Part shown: positions 1 through 12,396 of the stretch, piece after piece
Layout: each line of letters starts with the position of its first letter
Numbering within the stretch: the first letter of the stretch is position 1
NCBI RefSeq assembly: GCF_963921235.1
Contig: NC_086097.1
Span: 74,650,001 to 74,714,000 of the forward strand
DNA length: 64,000 nt
Direction of reading: 5' to 3'
Origin: Mobula hypostoma
Taxonomy: Eukaryota
Program-made: the position numbers and the translations under genes
The notes under the pieces: generated by a model
Told to the model about the DNA's origin: nothing
What the model saw: only the letters and a program-made list of their open reading frames with translations
Database searches by the model: none

Positions 1-589
1 TCAAAGTTCTGAGAAACAAAAATGTACATGAATGTCGGTAAAATAAGAGATTTCTAAAGCAATGAAGTATCAAGATTAATGTTGTGACCCACTTTACATC
101 AGAAATTGTGTTGAGCTACACTAGTAGAATGGTGATTTATCTTTGTAGTCATTTGTGGTATGATGCTCAAACATTAATCCTCTAATTTAGTCAGCTAGGG
201 CACAGCATCTTTGTTAATAATGTTTTGAAACCAAATAGTGACGCATCATCTGAACACAAGACAAAACTGCAGATGCTAGAAAAGCAAAATAAAAATGCTG
301 GAAAATCTCTGCATATCAGACAATATCTGTGGAAAGAGGTGCTTATATTTTCCACCATTTTCTGGTTTTATTTATCATCGAAACACCAGTTTATCCAGGG
401 ACGTCTCAGCCGATAATGATATGTTTGAGTACTTGCAAAAACAGAGGTGAACTGTGGCAGCACTTTCTTTAACAAATATATTATAGAATATGATGCTAGA
501 TAAAACCTGAATATTGGCTGAATTATTGTTGCTGGCATTATGGTCCCTGAAGATTTAAATTGCAGGATAGGCATTCTTGGAAGTAACCC

Positions 590-722
590 TCTCTCACTAC
601 TCCCCCTCTGTGCCTCATCTTTTTTTTCTCCAGTCCTGCTGAATGATCTCGGTCTGAAATGTCGACTGAGTCCATAGATGCTGCCTGGCCTGCTGAGTTC
701 CTCCAGCATTTTGTGTTTGTTA
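590..722 (+). mobile_element. Penelope-like terminal repeat fragment with degenerate hammerhead motif
   Basis: CAGTC-CTGCTGA-...-GAAATGTC-GACTG followed by the family tail gatgctgcctggcctgctgagttcctccagcattttgtg shared with many copies in the window. Confidence 0.7.
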
Positions 723-1045
723 TTTTTGGTTAAAACTTATCTGGTGCATTGATGCCCTTCAAAGAAGCAAAATCAATCATTCTTGCCCAGTCTGGTTGTG
801 CATGCTTCCATTCCTGCTGAAGTGTTTCATTCTCATTTGCCTCATTTCAAATTGCAAGAGATGTCCTCATCACATGAGGTAATGTGTATTAAATAATAGT
901 TTTTATAGTTGCAGCCTTGGCCAACTAACACAGTTACCTGAAGATTTTTTTCTCAGAGAGTATTTACCAAGCAGCAGAAAATTGCTGGAAGTGCTCAATG
1001 GGTCAACCAGCATCTGTGAAGCTTAAAGGGACATGTCAATATTTT

Positions 1046-1410
1046 CTTCTTCTTCTCTGTCTTGTTTTACGGCAGTTGGCACCCAGCTTAACGGTGCATT
1101 ACTGCCACCTTCTGCTCCGGCGTCTGCAATAGACTTGCACTCTAAATCCCTTTACCCAATCACACATACACACATATCCTAACCTACACTTTATTCTCCC
1201 ATCTTTGGCCATCCTAGTACCCTATTCCTGCTTATCCATCATATCCTATAAAAAAAACCCCTGTACCCCTTAAGAAAGCTAAAAATACCCTGACCTGTGC
1301 TCTCTCACCCATGCCCAGCAACCCTTTTAATGGGAATTCCTGCACCCCATTTCCCTTAGATTAATTCTCATCATCTTTGTCATATCCCATATGTCCTGCA
1401 ACTCCGAACT
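1046..1410 (-). mobile_element. 5'-truncated LINE 3' end, Nimb/I-clade-like, with 15-bp TSD
   Basis: Exact TSD acatgtcaatatttt at 1031-1045 and 1411-1425; (GAA)n tail on minus strand; degraded ORF end ...VRVFLAFLRGTGFF..RI*; clade call from recalled 3'-end similarity. Confidence 0.7.
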
Positions 1411-2811
1411 ACATGTCAATATTTTGATCTTGGTATTGGTTTATGATTATACCAAAATACAGTGAACAGCTTTTGTTTATCATGCCATATATATCTACAC
1501 TTAAGTAATAAAAGACAAGCAGAATGTAGAATATGGTATCGAAGTTGGAGAAAATGCATTGCAGGTAGATAAAGTGCAAAGGCCATGATGTGGTAAATTG
1601 GGAGATCAAGCATTTATCTTTAAGCATATGGAAAGTCCATTCAAGAGCCTGATAACAGCAGGCTAAAGCTGCCGTTGAGCTTTTCCATCTCTCACCTGAT
1701 GGGATAGAGAAAAGAGACAATGACCAGGGTGGAAAGTGCATCAAAGGCTATTGCAGATGGCATCATTTCATTAGCTTCTGTTCAAAGCATACATTCAGGA
1801 CAAGGTCCTGTATCTGAGTGTTTTTTTCCTGCTTAGTCTACCCAGCATCATTGGAGCAAACCACAATTAATTTAATATTGGTCTAATAGTTACCACATTC
1901 ACAACAGCCTCAGGCACAGACAAAGATGCAACCAAAACCACACTCTTGTTGAGGATTCTTATTGGGCACCAGTAACATGTCACAAAAGTTGAATGATGCT
2001 GTCCGGAGGCATGTACTTCTCCCAGTAAGGATTTAATTGTTTTGTAGGCAGCAAACGTTACAAACTAATTAGCAAAAATATTATTTGTTGAAATAAAAAG
2101 AAATAATATGTTTTTTTTAACCATCAGGAACTCTTGAGAAACTTGACTGGAAACAAAATAATACTTGAAAGGGTCTGTACTTCTGAATTTGTACTTCTGA
2201 TTATTTTTTTTTTAACTCCTGTTCACTTTTTAAACCAATTCAGATATTTGGTCAGCATTTGAACCTGACATGTGATGGTATTATACCATGATGCTATATA
2301 ATCCTACTGTTGAGGACTCAGTTTTCAACACAACCTTGCTTAAGCTCTAAGTAAAACAAAATTCCCTTCCTTACTTAAACCATTTTTTGTTCATTGTTTG
2401 GATCATATGTTCTAATATGTGGTTTTAGCATTACTGTTTGGTTGGTAATAGCCTTGTTAAAGGTTTGGGGATATATTGCTGCTTTCCTTCATATAATATA
2501 TTGAGCTGTGTGTTACTTGTATAGAGGACCAAAATGTGCAAGGGGAACAGAATTGTAGATTTCAGCAGAATTAATTAACATAGACAGTGGACTGGATAGA
2601 TACTTGTGTTCATGCATTGATTTCTCATTATCTTTAAATTTTGATCCTGACTAGCTCAGCCAGGGTACAACAAACAGGAATATGTTGTTTAATATATTTA
2701 AGAAAAGTTGTAAAGCAGCTGGACCTAGGATGTTTTTTTTATTTGAATCTTACCAAAGTTTCTGACCTGAGTGTACAGAGCTGCAAAGGTAGGGTGGCTG
2801 ATGTTTGATGA

Positions 2812-3230
2812 CTCTAGGCCTGTTCTCTCTGGAGTTTCGAAGAATAACAGGAGATCTCATTGAAACCTATTGCATTTGGAAAGGCTGAGATGGAATGGAC
2901 ATGGAGAGGATGTTTCCTATAGTTGGGGATTTAGGAGCAGAGGGCACAGAATACAGGGAAATCACTTTAGAGCAGAAAAAAGGATGAATTTCTTTAGCCA
3001 GTGAGTGGTGAATCTGTGGAATTCAGTGTCAAGGACAGCTGTGGAGGCCAAGTTTTTGGGTATATTTAAAGTGGCGATTAATAGGTTCTTGATTACTGAG
3101 GGTGTCAAAGGTTATGGGGACAGGGCAGGAGAATGGGACTGAGAGGGGTAATAAATCAGCCGCGATGGAATGGCGGAGCAGACTCAGTGGGCCAAATGGC
3201 GTAATCCTGCTCCCATGTCTTATGATCTTA
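2812..3230 (+). mobile_element. CR1-type LINE 3' fragment
   Basis: Degraded LGLFSLEFRR..GDLIETY and ..VVNLWNS motifs, tail resembling the 31206-31742 copy. Confidence 0.8.
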
Positions 3231-5867
3231 AGCTAGGAAATAGCAGGATTAATTTAATATTTATAGTACAGTCTACAAATATTAAAAAGTGATCTGAAGA
3301 TAAAAATTGCTGGTTTAGAGTGGTTTTGCGCAATAGTTTGTTGTGAATTTTACTTAACCCTGCAAGCAGAAGTGTTTGATATCCTTTATATGTCTATTTT
3401 TGAACAAGTTTCATGAAATTGAATGCATTGTTGAGCTATGACAAACAAATGTTTGGAGTGTCCCTAGACACCTTTTGCTTACTGTGGAGTTTTTTAAGGT
3501 TTGTGTTAGCAGTTGTTTTCAAAGCTCAGCAACAAGCCGATGACCAGTTCAGAAAAGGATATCATTACCAGTTCTACTAGTTAAGATATTCCCTTGCTTC
3601 AGATTGAATGTAAAGTGTGAATATTTCATTGAAGTAAGTGCTTTAATCAATAAATTCAAAGAAAATAAAATAGAATTTATCAAAGAATGAAATGTTATTT
3701 GAACCATTTAATCAATAATGCACTGCTGAGTGGGATGAAGTAAATGTATTTTATAGTTGAATGCCATTGGCTAATTCATGTAGAATGACAAGGTATTCAT
3801 AAATGCAAGCAGCATTTTGAATATTTGTGCCTTTTAATAACTTCTGAAGATTTCAATCTTAATTATTAATTTATAAACATATACAGGAGTTACTAGATTG
3901 GAATCCAGAAGCCTAGACAATTAATATGCAGATGTGTGTCTGAATGCCACTGTTATATCTGGATAATCCAATTTTCATGAAAGGGGATTGTCCCAAAGAG
4001 TGACCATGAAACTACTGGATTGTTTGTAAAAGTTATATCTTTCATGACTTTCCTTCAGGGAGGTAATACACCATTCTTGGACCTTCTAGTAGATTATATG
4101 TGACTCCAGACTTGCCAACTTCTTCGCTGTCCACTGATGTGACTGAAACAATCATTTCACTTGATCACAAATCATGACCTTACTGGCAATATCCATGTCC
4201 CACAGAACAAAAAATAAAACTCTGAAAATATCAATGAGGTAATCAGTGCTGACATTTATGCTCAGTGCAAGAAAAATATTTGTGACCAATTTAGCCATTT
4301 GTTTTCTTGACCTTCCAATCCTTTGCAGTATCAAAGTTTGATTTTGTTAATTAAACCTCAGCCATAACCTCAAAGAACATCTCATTTTCTGGTTTTCTTA
4401 TCAATGTCTTATATTGACTAATGGGCAAAACAAAGTTTATTGAAAGGATTTGATTATCTTACTTTGTCAATACTTCCTTTGAAATTAAAAATATCCAGTT
4501 TTACCACATTTTTTTGTAATTTTATTTGTCAGATTAAGCAGCGCCCTTGTGCATCTTTGAAACACTCAGAATTCTATCTAAGCTACACTGTTTATTCCTG
4601 CATAGGGTATGGAATCATAGGAATTTATGGTGCAGAACAAGGGATTTTGTCTTGCGTATTGTTCTATTCTGGCTGCAAATTTGTGTTCAATCTGGCCTAT
4701 TGCAGGTAATAATATAGCCAGAGGGCAACAGTCAGCCCTAAAAATAAGAGTTCGAGCACAGGCATCTTCCATTCCTGAGAAAGAAGTCTGGAACTTAGAA
4801 AATAAAGATCTATCATATCAGTTGTACCACCATCATAGCCACAAAATTCAGCTGCTTTTACATTGCTGTTTGCTGAAGGAGAAAGCCTAAACAAAGAACA
4901 AGATGGCATCTAAATTTTCTTGAAGGAAATACTAGATAAAAAAACACAAGCATCATTTGGATGGTTTTTACTAGCCTGGCATCTTGGTGACTTGCTGTGT
5001 TGGATAAATGATTGCTTCAGCTCACTTTGAAGTGGAACCACTGTGCTACAATCATCAAACTGCATGTGCCAAGCTTTTTGTTTGTTTTTTGGGATTTCTG
5101 CATCACTGGCAAGGCCAATTTTACTTGCCCCCTGCTAATTGATCTTAAGAAAATAGTTGTAAGCTGTTTTCTTCAACCACTACAATCTTTTTGATGGAGT
5201 ACTTCTACGGTGCTATTGGGCTGAAATTCCAGGTTGTAGAGAAGTAGCTGAGAATTGAGAATATATTTCTAAGACAGGGTGGTTTTGATTTGGGGCAGAA
5301 CCTGCAGGTGAAGGTGTTAGAATGCACCAAGATAGATAAGGGCAGCTGGTGCAACAGCTCATAGGTTTTTAGGTGTGGTCAGAAGTGCATTTCTAGCTGG
5401 TACCAACTGTAGCCACTATGAGCTGCTGGTGTAGTGAATGTAGATTTAATGGTGGTAGATAAGTATCAGCACCGTGGACGCAACAGGTAAGATGGAAGTG
5501 GAATTCTACCCTGGCCATGAGAATTTCCTGGCTGGAGTAAAATGATGATGTATGACTTCAATGGAAAAATCCCTGTGGATACAAACTTCTGAGGTGCAAA
5601 TAGAAAGGAAGTAGGAGAGAAAGCTAATTCCATCAGAATCATCCCCCTGGTAAAATGCTAAACCACAGGCATCCTGGAACCAGCAATCTCTTTTTATCAG
5701 AGAAACAAGTTCAAGGATTTGGCAGCTCTCTTACGTCCAAGGATTGTGGCATTTATTAGATTACATCTGTGCAATAGTCTGCATTATTGTACCTGGCACT
5801 GCACTGATCACTGCCTAATTTGGCATGTTAATTGCATTAGCCTGATCCTGAGTGTGACTTTATGACT

Positions 5868-6345
5868 TTACCCAATGACTTGGCCTCCACAGCCATCTGT
5901 GGCAATGAATTCTATAGATTCACCACCCTCTGGCTAAAGAAATTACACCTCATCTCTGTTGTAAGGGGATGTTCTTCTATTCTGAGGCAGTGGTCAGTGG
6001 TCTTCTATTCTGGTCCTAGACTCCTTCAATACAGGAAACATCCTTCCCACATCCACGCTGTGTGGGCCTTTCAATATTTGATAGGTTTCAATGAGATAGA
6101 TTTTCTTCCCTCCCTCCCCTCCCCCCCATTCTTCTAAACTCCAGCGACCAGAGACCCAGAGCCATCAAACGGTTCTCATATGTAAACTCTTTCATTCTGG
6201 GATCATACTTGTGAACCTCCTCTGGACCCTCTCTAATGCCAGGACCATTCCTAGATCAGGGGCTCATAACTACTCATGTTACGGTGTGATCAGTGCCTTA
6301 TAAAGCCTCAGCATTACATCCTTGTTTTTATATTCCAGTCCTCTA
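5868..6345 (-). mobile_element. CR1-type LINE fragment
   Basis: Reverse complement of ttctttagccagagggtggtgaatctatagaattcattgccacagatggctgtggaggccaagtcattggg, typical CR1 ORF2 C-terminal region. Confidence 0.75.
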
Positions 6346-6439
6346 TGAATTGCTTTGAGAGACTGGTTATGGCTAGAATTAACTCCTGCCTGAGCAAGGA
6401 TCTGGACCCACAGTAATTTGCCTTTAGCCACAATAGATG

Positions 6440-7300
6440 TACAACAGGTGGAATCTCAGTGGCTCTAAACTCTGCATTGGAGCACCTAGAAAACAGGCTT
6501 CAACACCATCAGCCCTTCGGTTTTAATTACTGAGCTTCTAACCCTGACCTCTATACATTCCTCTGCAACTGGATCCTGTACCACAATCAGTGTAGATCAG
6601 TGGACATCTCCTCACTGACAACCAACAAAGACGCACCTCAAGGATTCATGCTTGGCCTACTGCACTACTTTCTCTCTACACTCATGACTGTATGGCTGGA
6701 CACGGCTCAAGTGCCATTTATAAATTCACAGAGGACACCATTGTTGTTGGTAAAGTCTCACATGGCAACAAGGAGAGATACGAGAGTAAGATTGGTTAGT
6801 TGAGTGGTGTCACACCAACAACCCCACACTCAATGTCAGCAAGACCATGAAATTGATTGTGAACTTCAGGAAGCGGAAGTTGGGAGAACACATACCAGTC
6901 TTCATTGAGGGATTAGCAATGGAAAGGATAAGAAGCTTTAAGTTCTTTGGTTTCAACGGCTCAGATTATCTATACTGGACTCAACTCATTGATGTAGTTA
7001 TAAAGACACATCAGCAGCTCTACTTCATTAGGAGTTTGAGAGACTCCTTGCACATTTTATATGGATGTATGGAAGAGAGCATTCAGCCTGGTCTGGAGCC
7101 TCCAATGCTCAGGCTTGCAAGAAGCTACAGAAGTTGTTGACTCAGCCAGCTCCATCAGGAACACAACCCTTTCCACTAACGTGAACATCTTCAAGAGGTT
7201 GTGCCTTAAGAAGGCAGCATCCATCATTAAGGACCTTTGTCATCTTGGACATGCCTCTTATTGTTACCTCTGTCAGGGAGGAGATACAGGAAGACCTGCT
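6440..7300 (+). mobile_element. Rex1/Babar-like LINE RT fragment (degraded)
   Basis: Peptides APQGFMLGLL, LYTHDC, LNVSKTMKLIVNFRK, LPLSGRRYR across several frames. Confidence 0.75.
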
Positions 7301-7309
7301 CAATCATTC

Positions 7310-7797
7310 AGGAGTGTTCTCCTCCCTTCCCCTTCTCTCTTTCCATTTCTCATTCTGGTTCGCATCTCATTCTTTTCTTCATCTGCACATCACCTCCCTC
7401 TGTTGCCCTCCTTCCCTTTCTCCCATGCTACTCAGTCCTATCAGATTCCTTCTTCTTGAGCCCTTTACCTCTTCTACCTGTTACCTCCCTTCTTTCTTCA
7501 TTCCCCTCCCCCACCCGACCACCTTCCCTCTTACCTAGTTTCACCTTCCCCCTTACCCAGTTTCTCTTTCCCCCTTACCTAGTTTCACCTTTCATCAGCC
7601 AGCTTGTACTCCTTCCTTTCCCCTGCCTCCATCTTTTTATTCTGGCCTCTTTCCCCCATTTTTCCAGTTTTGCTGGAGGGTTTTAGCTCACAAGTTCGAC
7701 TGTTATTCCCCTCCATAGGAGCTATATGACTTTTCGAGTTCCTCCAGTACTTTACGCGTGTTGCTCAAGATTTCCAGCATCTGCAGAATCTCGTGAT
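7310..7797 (+). mobile_element. Penelope-like 3' region and terminal repeat (degraded)
   Basis: C/T-rich segment followed by the degenerate family tail gagttcctccagtactttacgcgtgttgctcaagatttccagcatctgcagaatctcgtg. Confidence 0.65.
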
Positions 7798-9964
7798 TAT
7801 AATGTGATGCTAATATTGTTTTTCTTCCATTCTCTCATACCCTGTGAAGACTACAATTCCATAGTTCTTTTTTTTAAATTGGGCTTATCAGCCTGATATG
7901 CAGAGTTTATCATCCTGGAGTCCTTTGCCACTCTTTTTTTTAAAATAGCATTATGCTTTTTTCTTTTTACTACTTTTATTAAAAATCATAGGTACCACTG
8001 AATTCTGTCTGCTAATTTTCATCTCATCCATGCATTTCATTAGTGTCCTGTCATAACTGCTACTGCATTTCTAAATTCTTTATTTTGCTTTTTCAATATT
8101 GGTGGAAACATCATCACTGTTCTCTCTTGGCTTAGCTGAATCATTAGTCAACCAAATGTGTAGAAGTAGAACCAGAAGTTACCTTTGTTCAACTACAGCT
8201 TACTTTTTAATTCAATTTTTTTTGGAACTAGGCATTGCTAGCAAGGCCATAATTTATTGCCAGTCCTTTGTTTTCTTGACAATCCAGTGGTGAGATACTA
8301 CCTCTGAGTGAGAGTGCTGCACAGCTCTGTCGTGTACAAAGTTGCGGTATTATGGATAAGGAAGGTTTAAGGGGATATGGGCCAAACAGGCAAGTGGAAC
8401 TAGCTCAGGTAGGTACTTTTGTCGGCATGGACAAGTGGGGATGAAAGGTCCGTTTGCATGCTGCATGCTTTATGACTTAGACAGAGCAACCACACAGGAC
8501 TGACCGTATATTTCCAAATCAGGATGTTGAGTGAAGACCTGCAGGTAGCAGTGTTCCCATGTGCCAGCTGCTTTTGTTTTTTTTGACAGAAGAGGTTACA
8601 GATTTGCGATCTGCCCTCAGAATAGCATAGTTAGTAACCATAGTGCATTTTGTCGATGCTGCATACTGCAACTGTTGTGCCCTCATGCCCAAAGGGAATT
8701 GACATCCAAGGGATGAAAGGAGTTCCAATCAAGCATGCTGCTCTGTGTTGGAAAAATTTTGGAGCTAAGTGATGAATGTTCCATCACAAATGTGATGGAG
8801 CTTTGTAAGTGATAGGAAGTCTTTGTAGTGCGGTGTCAGGAGGTAAGTACTCTGGACCACTGCTCAAACTATGCTGTTTTTCTCCATACTATTCATTTGT
8901 TGATCTGGTTTGCCATCTGCTTCATATTCTGCACACTTTGAGTGTCTTTAATAACATTAACCTTGCCAAAGGTTTAGTTCATGTCCATGTATACAATATC
9001 TATCGCAGTCCTCCCACCTTCAATATCTGGAATTTTCTCAATGACTGCTTTGAAAGTTTAAAAAAAAATTGAAGCAGGGAATATTAAACTCTTTGTCTTG
9101 ATGCTGATTTGACCCTTAACCTAGTGCTGAAATGTTCCCAGTTGTAGATGAAAGTTAACTGGCCTTTAATTGCCTTGATTAACGTGGTCCCTTTAATTTA
9201 AAAGAGAAAAGATGTACATTGGCCTTTCTCTGGCTCTCTTGAGCTGGAACATTCATTGGGGGATGGAGTGGAGGGAGATGCATGTTTCTTTTCCAGTGCC
9301 TCTACAGTTTTGTTCCATGTCTCCATTGCATTTGTTCTGCATATCCCTTCTTTGCTCTGGAACAACTTTTTTTTTAGCTTAACTAATTCAGCTAAAATTG
9401 GTTTCTTTGTTCATTCTTATTCGTGTTTTGGTTTCAAGCTTATGAAGGTTTCCTTCCTTAATAAATGGCCCAAATAAAATCCAGTGTTGGGCATATTTTC
9501 ACTATCTGCGTCATTTTCTGATCTGAAGCTTGAAATTCCACTCTCTGGAGGCTTCATTTCTCTTTTAACTAAATTTACAAATATCTTGTTCTCATTCAAA
9601 TGATTCCTTATGCTCTCCAAAGCTTCTTTTATCTGCTCTTAATATTTTCTCTTCCTTTTTCTTGGATCAGTTTTCCTGTATTCATCCTGTTCAGTCTGCA
9701 CGTCTACCATGTATTTTGTTTAAAAAAAAAATAGCTCCATGCTCTTCTTTCACAGTCTGATAATTTTATAGCTCAGTTGGAATGCTTGATTTTGAATGCA
9801 CCATTTAAGTTTGTTCTGTAATTAGTATTTATTGAAATAGTATTATTAATCTTTAAGATCTGGATTCTAGAAGCTAGGAATCCTGCTGCGAATAACTCAC
9901 CATCTAGCTCCCCAAAGCCTACAGCATATCACAAAGCTCGTGTCAGAAATGTGATGGAATACTC

Positions 9965-10900
9965 TCCATTTCAAAGTTCATATATACAACCCTGAGATTC
10001 ATTTTCTTGCAGGCATACTCAGTAAATCCATAATAGAATAATAACCATAATAGAATCAATGAAATACCACACCACCTTGGGAGTTCAACCAATATGCAAA
10101 CTGTGCAACTACAAAAAGAAAGTAATAATAGTAATAATAATAAATAAATAAGCAAGAAGAATCAAGAACATGGAATGAAGAGTCCTTGAAAATGAGTTCA
10201 TTGGTTGTGGGAACACTTCATTGATGGGGCAAGTGAAATTGAGTGGTTATCCCCTTTTGTTCAAGAGCCTGGTGGTTAAGGGATAACTGAACCTGGTAGT
10301 GAGAGTCTTGAGGCACCTGTAGCACCTTCCTGATGGCAGTGTCAAGAAGAGAGCATGTCCTGGGTGGTGGGGTCTCTGATGATACAGCTGTCCTGTGACA
10401 ATGCTTCATGTAGATGTGCTCAGTGGTGGGGAGGGCTTTACCCATGATGAAGTGGGTCATTGCTTTTTGTAGGATTTTCCATTCAAGGGCTTTGGTGTTT
10501 TCATACCAGCTGTAATACAGCCAGTCAATATGCTCTTCACCACATCTATAGAAGTTTTTCGAAGTTCTAGATGTAATGCCAAATCTATGCAAACTCCCAA
10601 GGAAGTAGAGATGCTCCCATGCTTCCTTCATAATTGTGCTTGCGTGCTGGGCCCAGGATAGGTCCTTTGAAATGATAACACCAAGGAATTTAAAGTTGCT
10701 GACCCTCTTCACCTCTGATCCTCCGATGAGGACTGGCTCATGGATCTCTGGTTTCCTCCTCCTGAAGTCAATAATCAGCTCCTTGGTCTTGCTGACATTG
10801 AATGAGGTTGTTGTTATGGCATCACTTAGCCATCTCCCTCCTATATGCTGATTCATTACCACCTTTGATTCGGCCTATGACAGTGATGTCATCACCACCA
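9965..10900 (-). mobile_element. Rex1/Babar-like LINE 3' portion
   Basis: ORF 10218-10862 contains NVSKTKELIIDFRR...VSNFKFLGVIISKDLSWAQH...LYFLGSL; 3' UTR extends to about 9965. Confidence 0.8.
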
Positions 10901-12165
10901 CTGTCATAGTGTTGAGTCCAGCTTCAATAACACTGAATCAATTTGACACTATACCGGACATCGTAGCCTACTTGAAAGGCACCCTATCCACAACCATTCA
11001 CTGACTCCAATACCAATGCACAATTGCAATGGTTTGTACTATCTGCAGCATGCATCACAGCAACTCACCAAGACTCCTTACACAACACATTCAAAGCCTA
11101 CAAGCCCAATTGTTGAGATGAATGAAGACGGCAAAAGCAGGCAAGCACTTCCATTTGGACATTGCCCTCCAAGCCACACACCTTCCTGAATTGGAAATTT
11201 ATCTCCGTTCTTTCACTGGCATTGGGTCAAGATCCTGGAATTAACTCCTGACCAGCATTGTGGTTATACCTACGCCTTAAGAATTGTAATGGTAAAATAA
11301 GGCAGCTAACCTCCACCTTACCAAGGGTAATTAGGTGCTGTGGCCTCTCAGGGGCTGACTAAAGGTGCTTTTTCCCTTTGTAGAATTTTTTTTTTAAGAT
11401 CCAAAGACAATTCTACTCCAAGAACACAGTGTACTGTCAGTGAGCTGCTTGTTGATCAGAGTAGCTGGAGTGGTATTGGGAGCGGTGCTAGTCGGAATGT
11501 TGGAGAAGGAGCCGTACTAGGGGGCTGGCCAGGATGTTGGAGAAGGGGCAGTTTAAGGTGTCGAAAGGGTCGGCCGGGATGTCATAGGAGCCAGTTTGGG
11601 TTTAAAGGAGCTGACCTGGTTGCAGACCGTGGTTGCTGGCCACTACTAGGAAGCATTGAAGTTGGTGCAATTTTACCATGGGAGATAGTCTCGGACATTC
11701 ACTTGCGATCGTAAGACTCTGTTCGACAGTGATAGTGTAAGTTTCTGCAACCCTGTTACTCTTGTCTGGTGGTGGAACAGACAACATGGGAGTTGCGTAG
11801 CCTTGGTTGTAATGAAGACTAGGCCTCAAGTCTTGGGCTTGCCTGCTCATTGTTACCGTCAGGATGGAGGTACAGAAGCTTGAAGGCATACACTCAGTGA
11901 TTCAGAAATAGCTTCTTCCCCTCTGCCATCCGACTCCTAAATGGTCATTGAATCCATCAACATTACCCCACCTTTCTTTATGCTATTTCTGTTTTGCACT
12001 ATTTTACTTAACTATTTAATATACATGTGTACTTACTGTAATTGATTTACTTGTTTTTCTCTTTCTCTACGAGGGGTGATTGATAAATTTGTAGCCTAAG
12101 GTAGAAGGAGTCAATTTTAGAAAACCTAACACATTTATTTTTCAACTTAGTCCCCTCCTACATTT

Positions 12166-12396
12166 TAAAAAACGCAAACAACAGGAATTTTGTAGATGCT
12201 GGAAATTCAAGCAACACACATCAAAGTTGCTGGTGAACGCAGCAGGCCAGGCAGCATCTCTAGGAAGAGGTACAGTCGACGTTTCAGGCCGAGACCCTTA
12301 GTCCTGACGAAGGGTCTCGGCCTGAAACGTCGACTGTACCTCTTCCTAGAGATGCTGCCTGGCCTGCTGCGTTCACCAGCAACTTTGATGTGTGTT
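12166..12396. mobile_element. Inverted dimer of Penelope-like terminal repeat (87-bp perfect palindrome)
   Basis: Arms 12213-12299 and 12310-12396 are exact reverse complements with a 10-nt spacer; flanked by tcccc(t/g)cctacattt duplication at 12151-12165 and 12396-12410. Confidence 0.88.
12300..12335 (+). ncRNA. Minimal type I hammerhead ribozyme motif (PLE-associated)
   Basis: AGUC-CUGACGA-AGG(GUCUCGG)CCU-GAAAC-GUC-GACU: both core boxes, stem I, stem II and GUC cleavage triplet intact; palindromic ACGU in place of stem III. Confidence 0.8.

Noticed and set aside
7237..7686. Pro/Ser/Leu/Phe-rich ORFs here and at 57374-57718, 58276-58812, 63348-63974
   Set aside because: Stop-poor translation of C/T-rich PLE terminal regions, not coding
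10218..10862. 214-aa ORF as a cellular gene
   Set aside because: The peptide is the post-RT region of a Rex1/Babar-like LINE, with related decayed copies at 6440-7300 and 52944-53455
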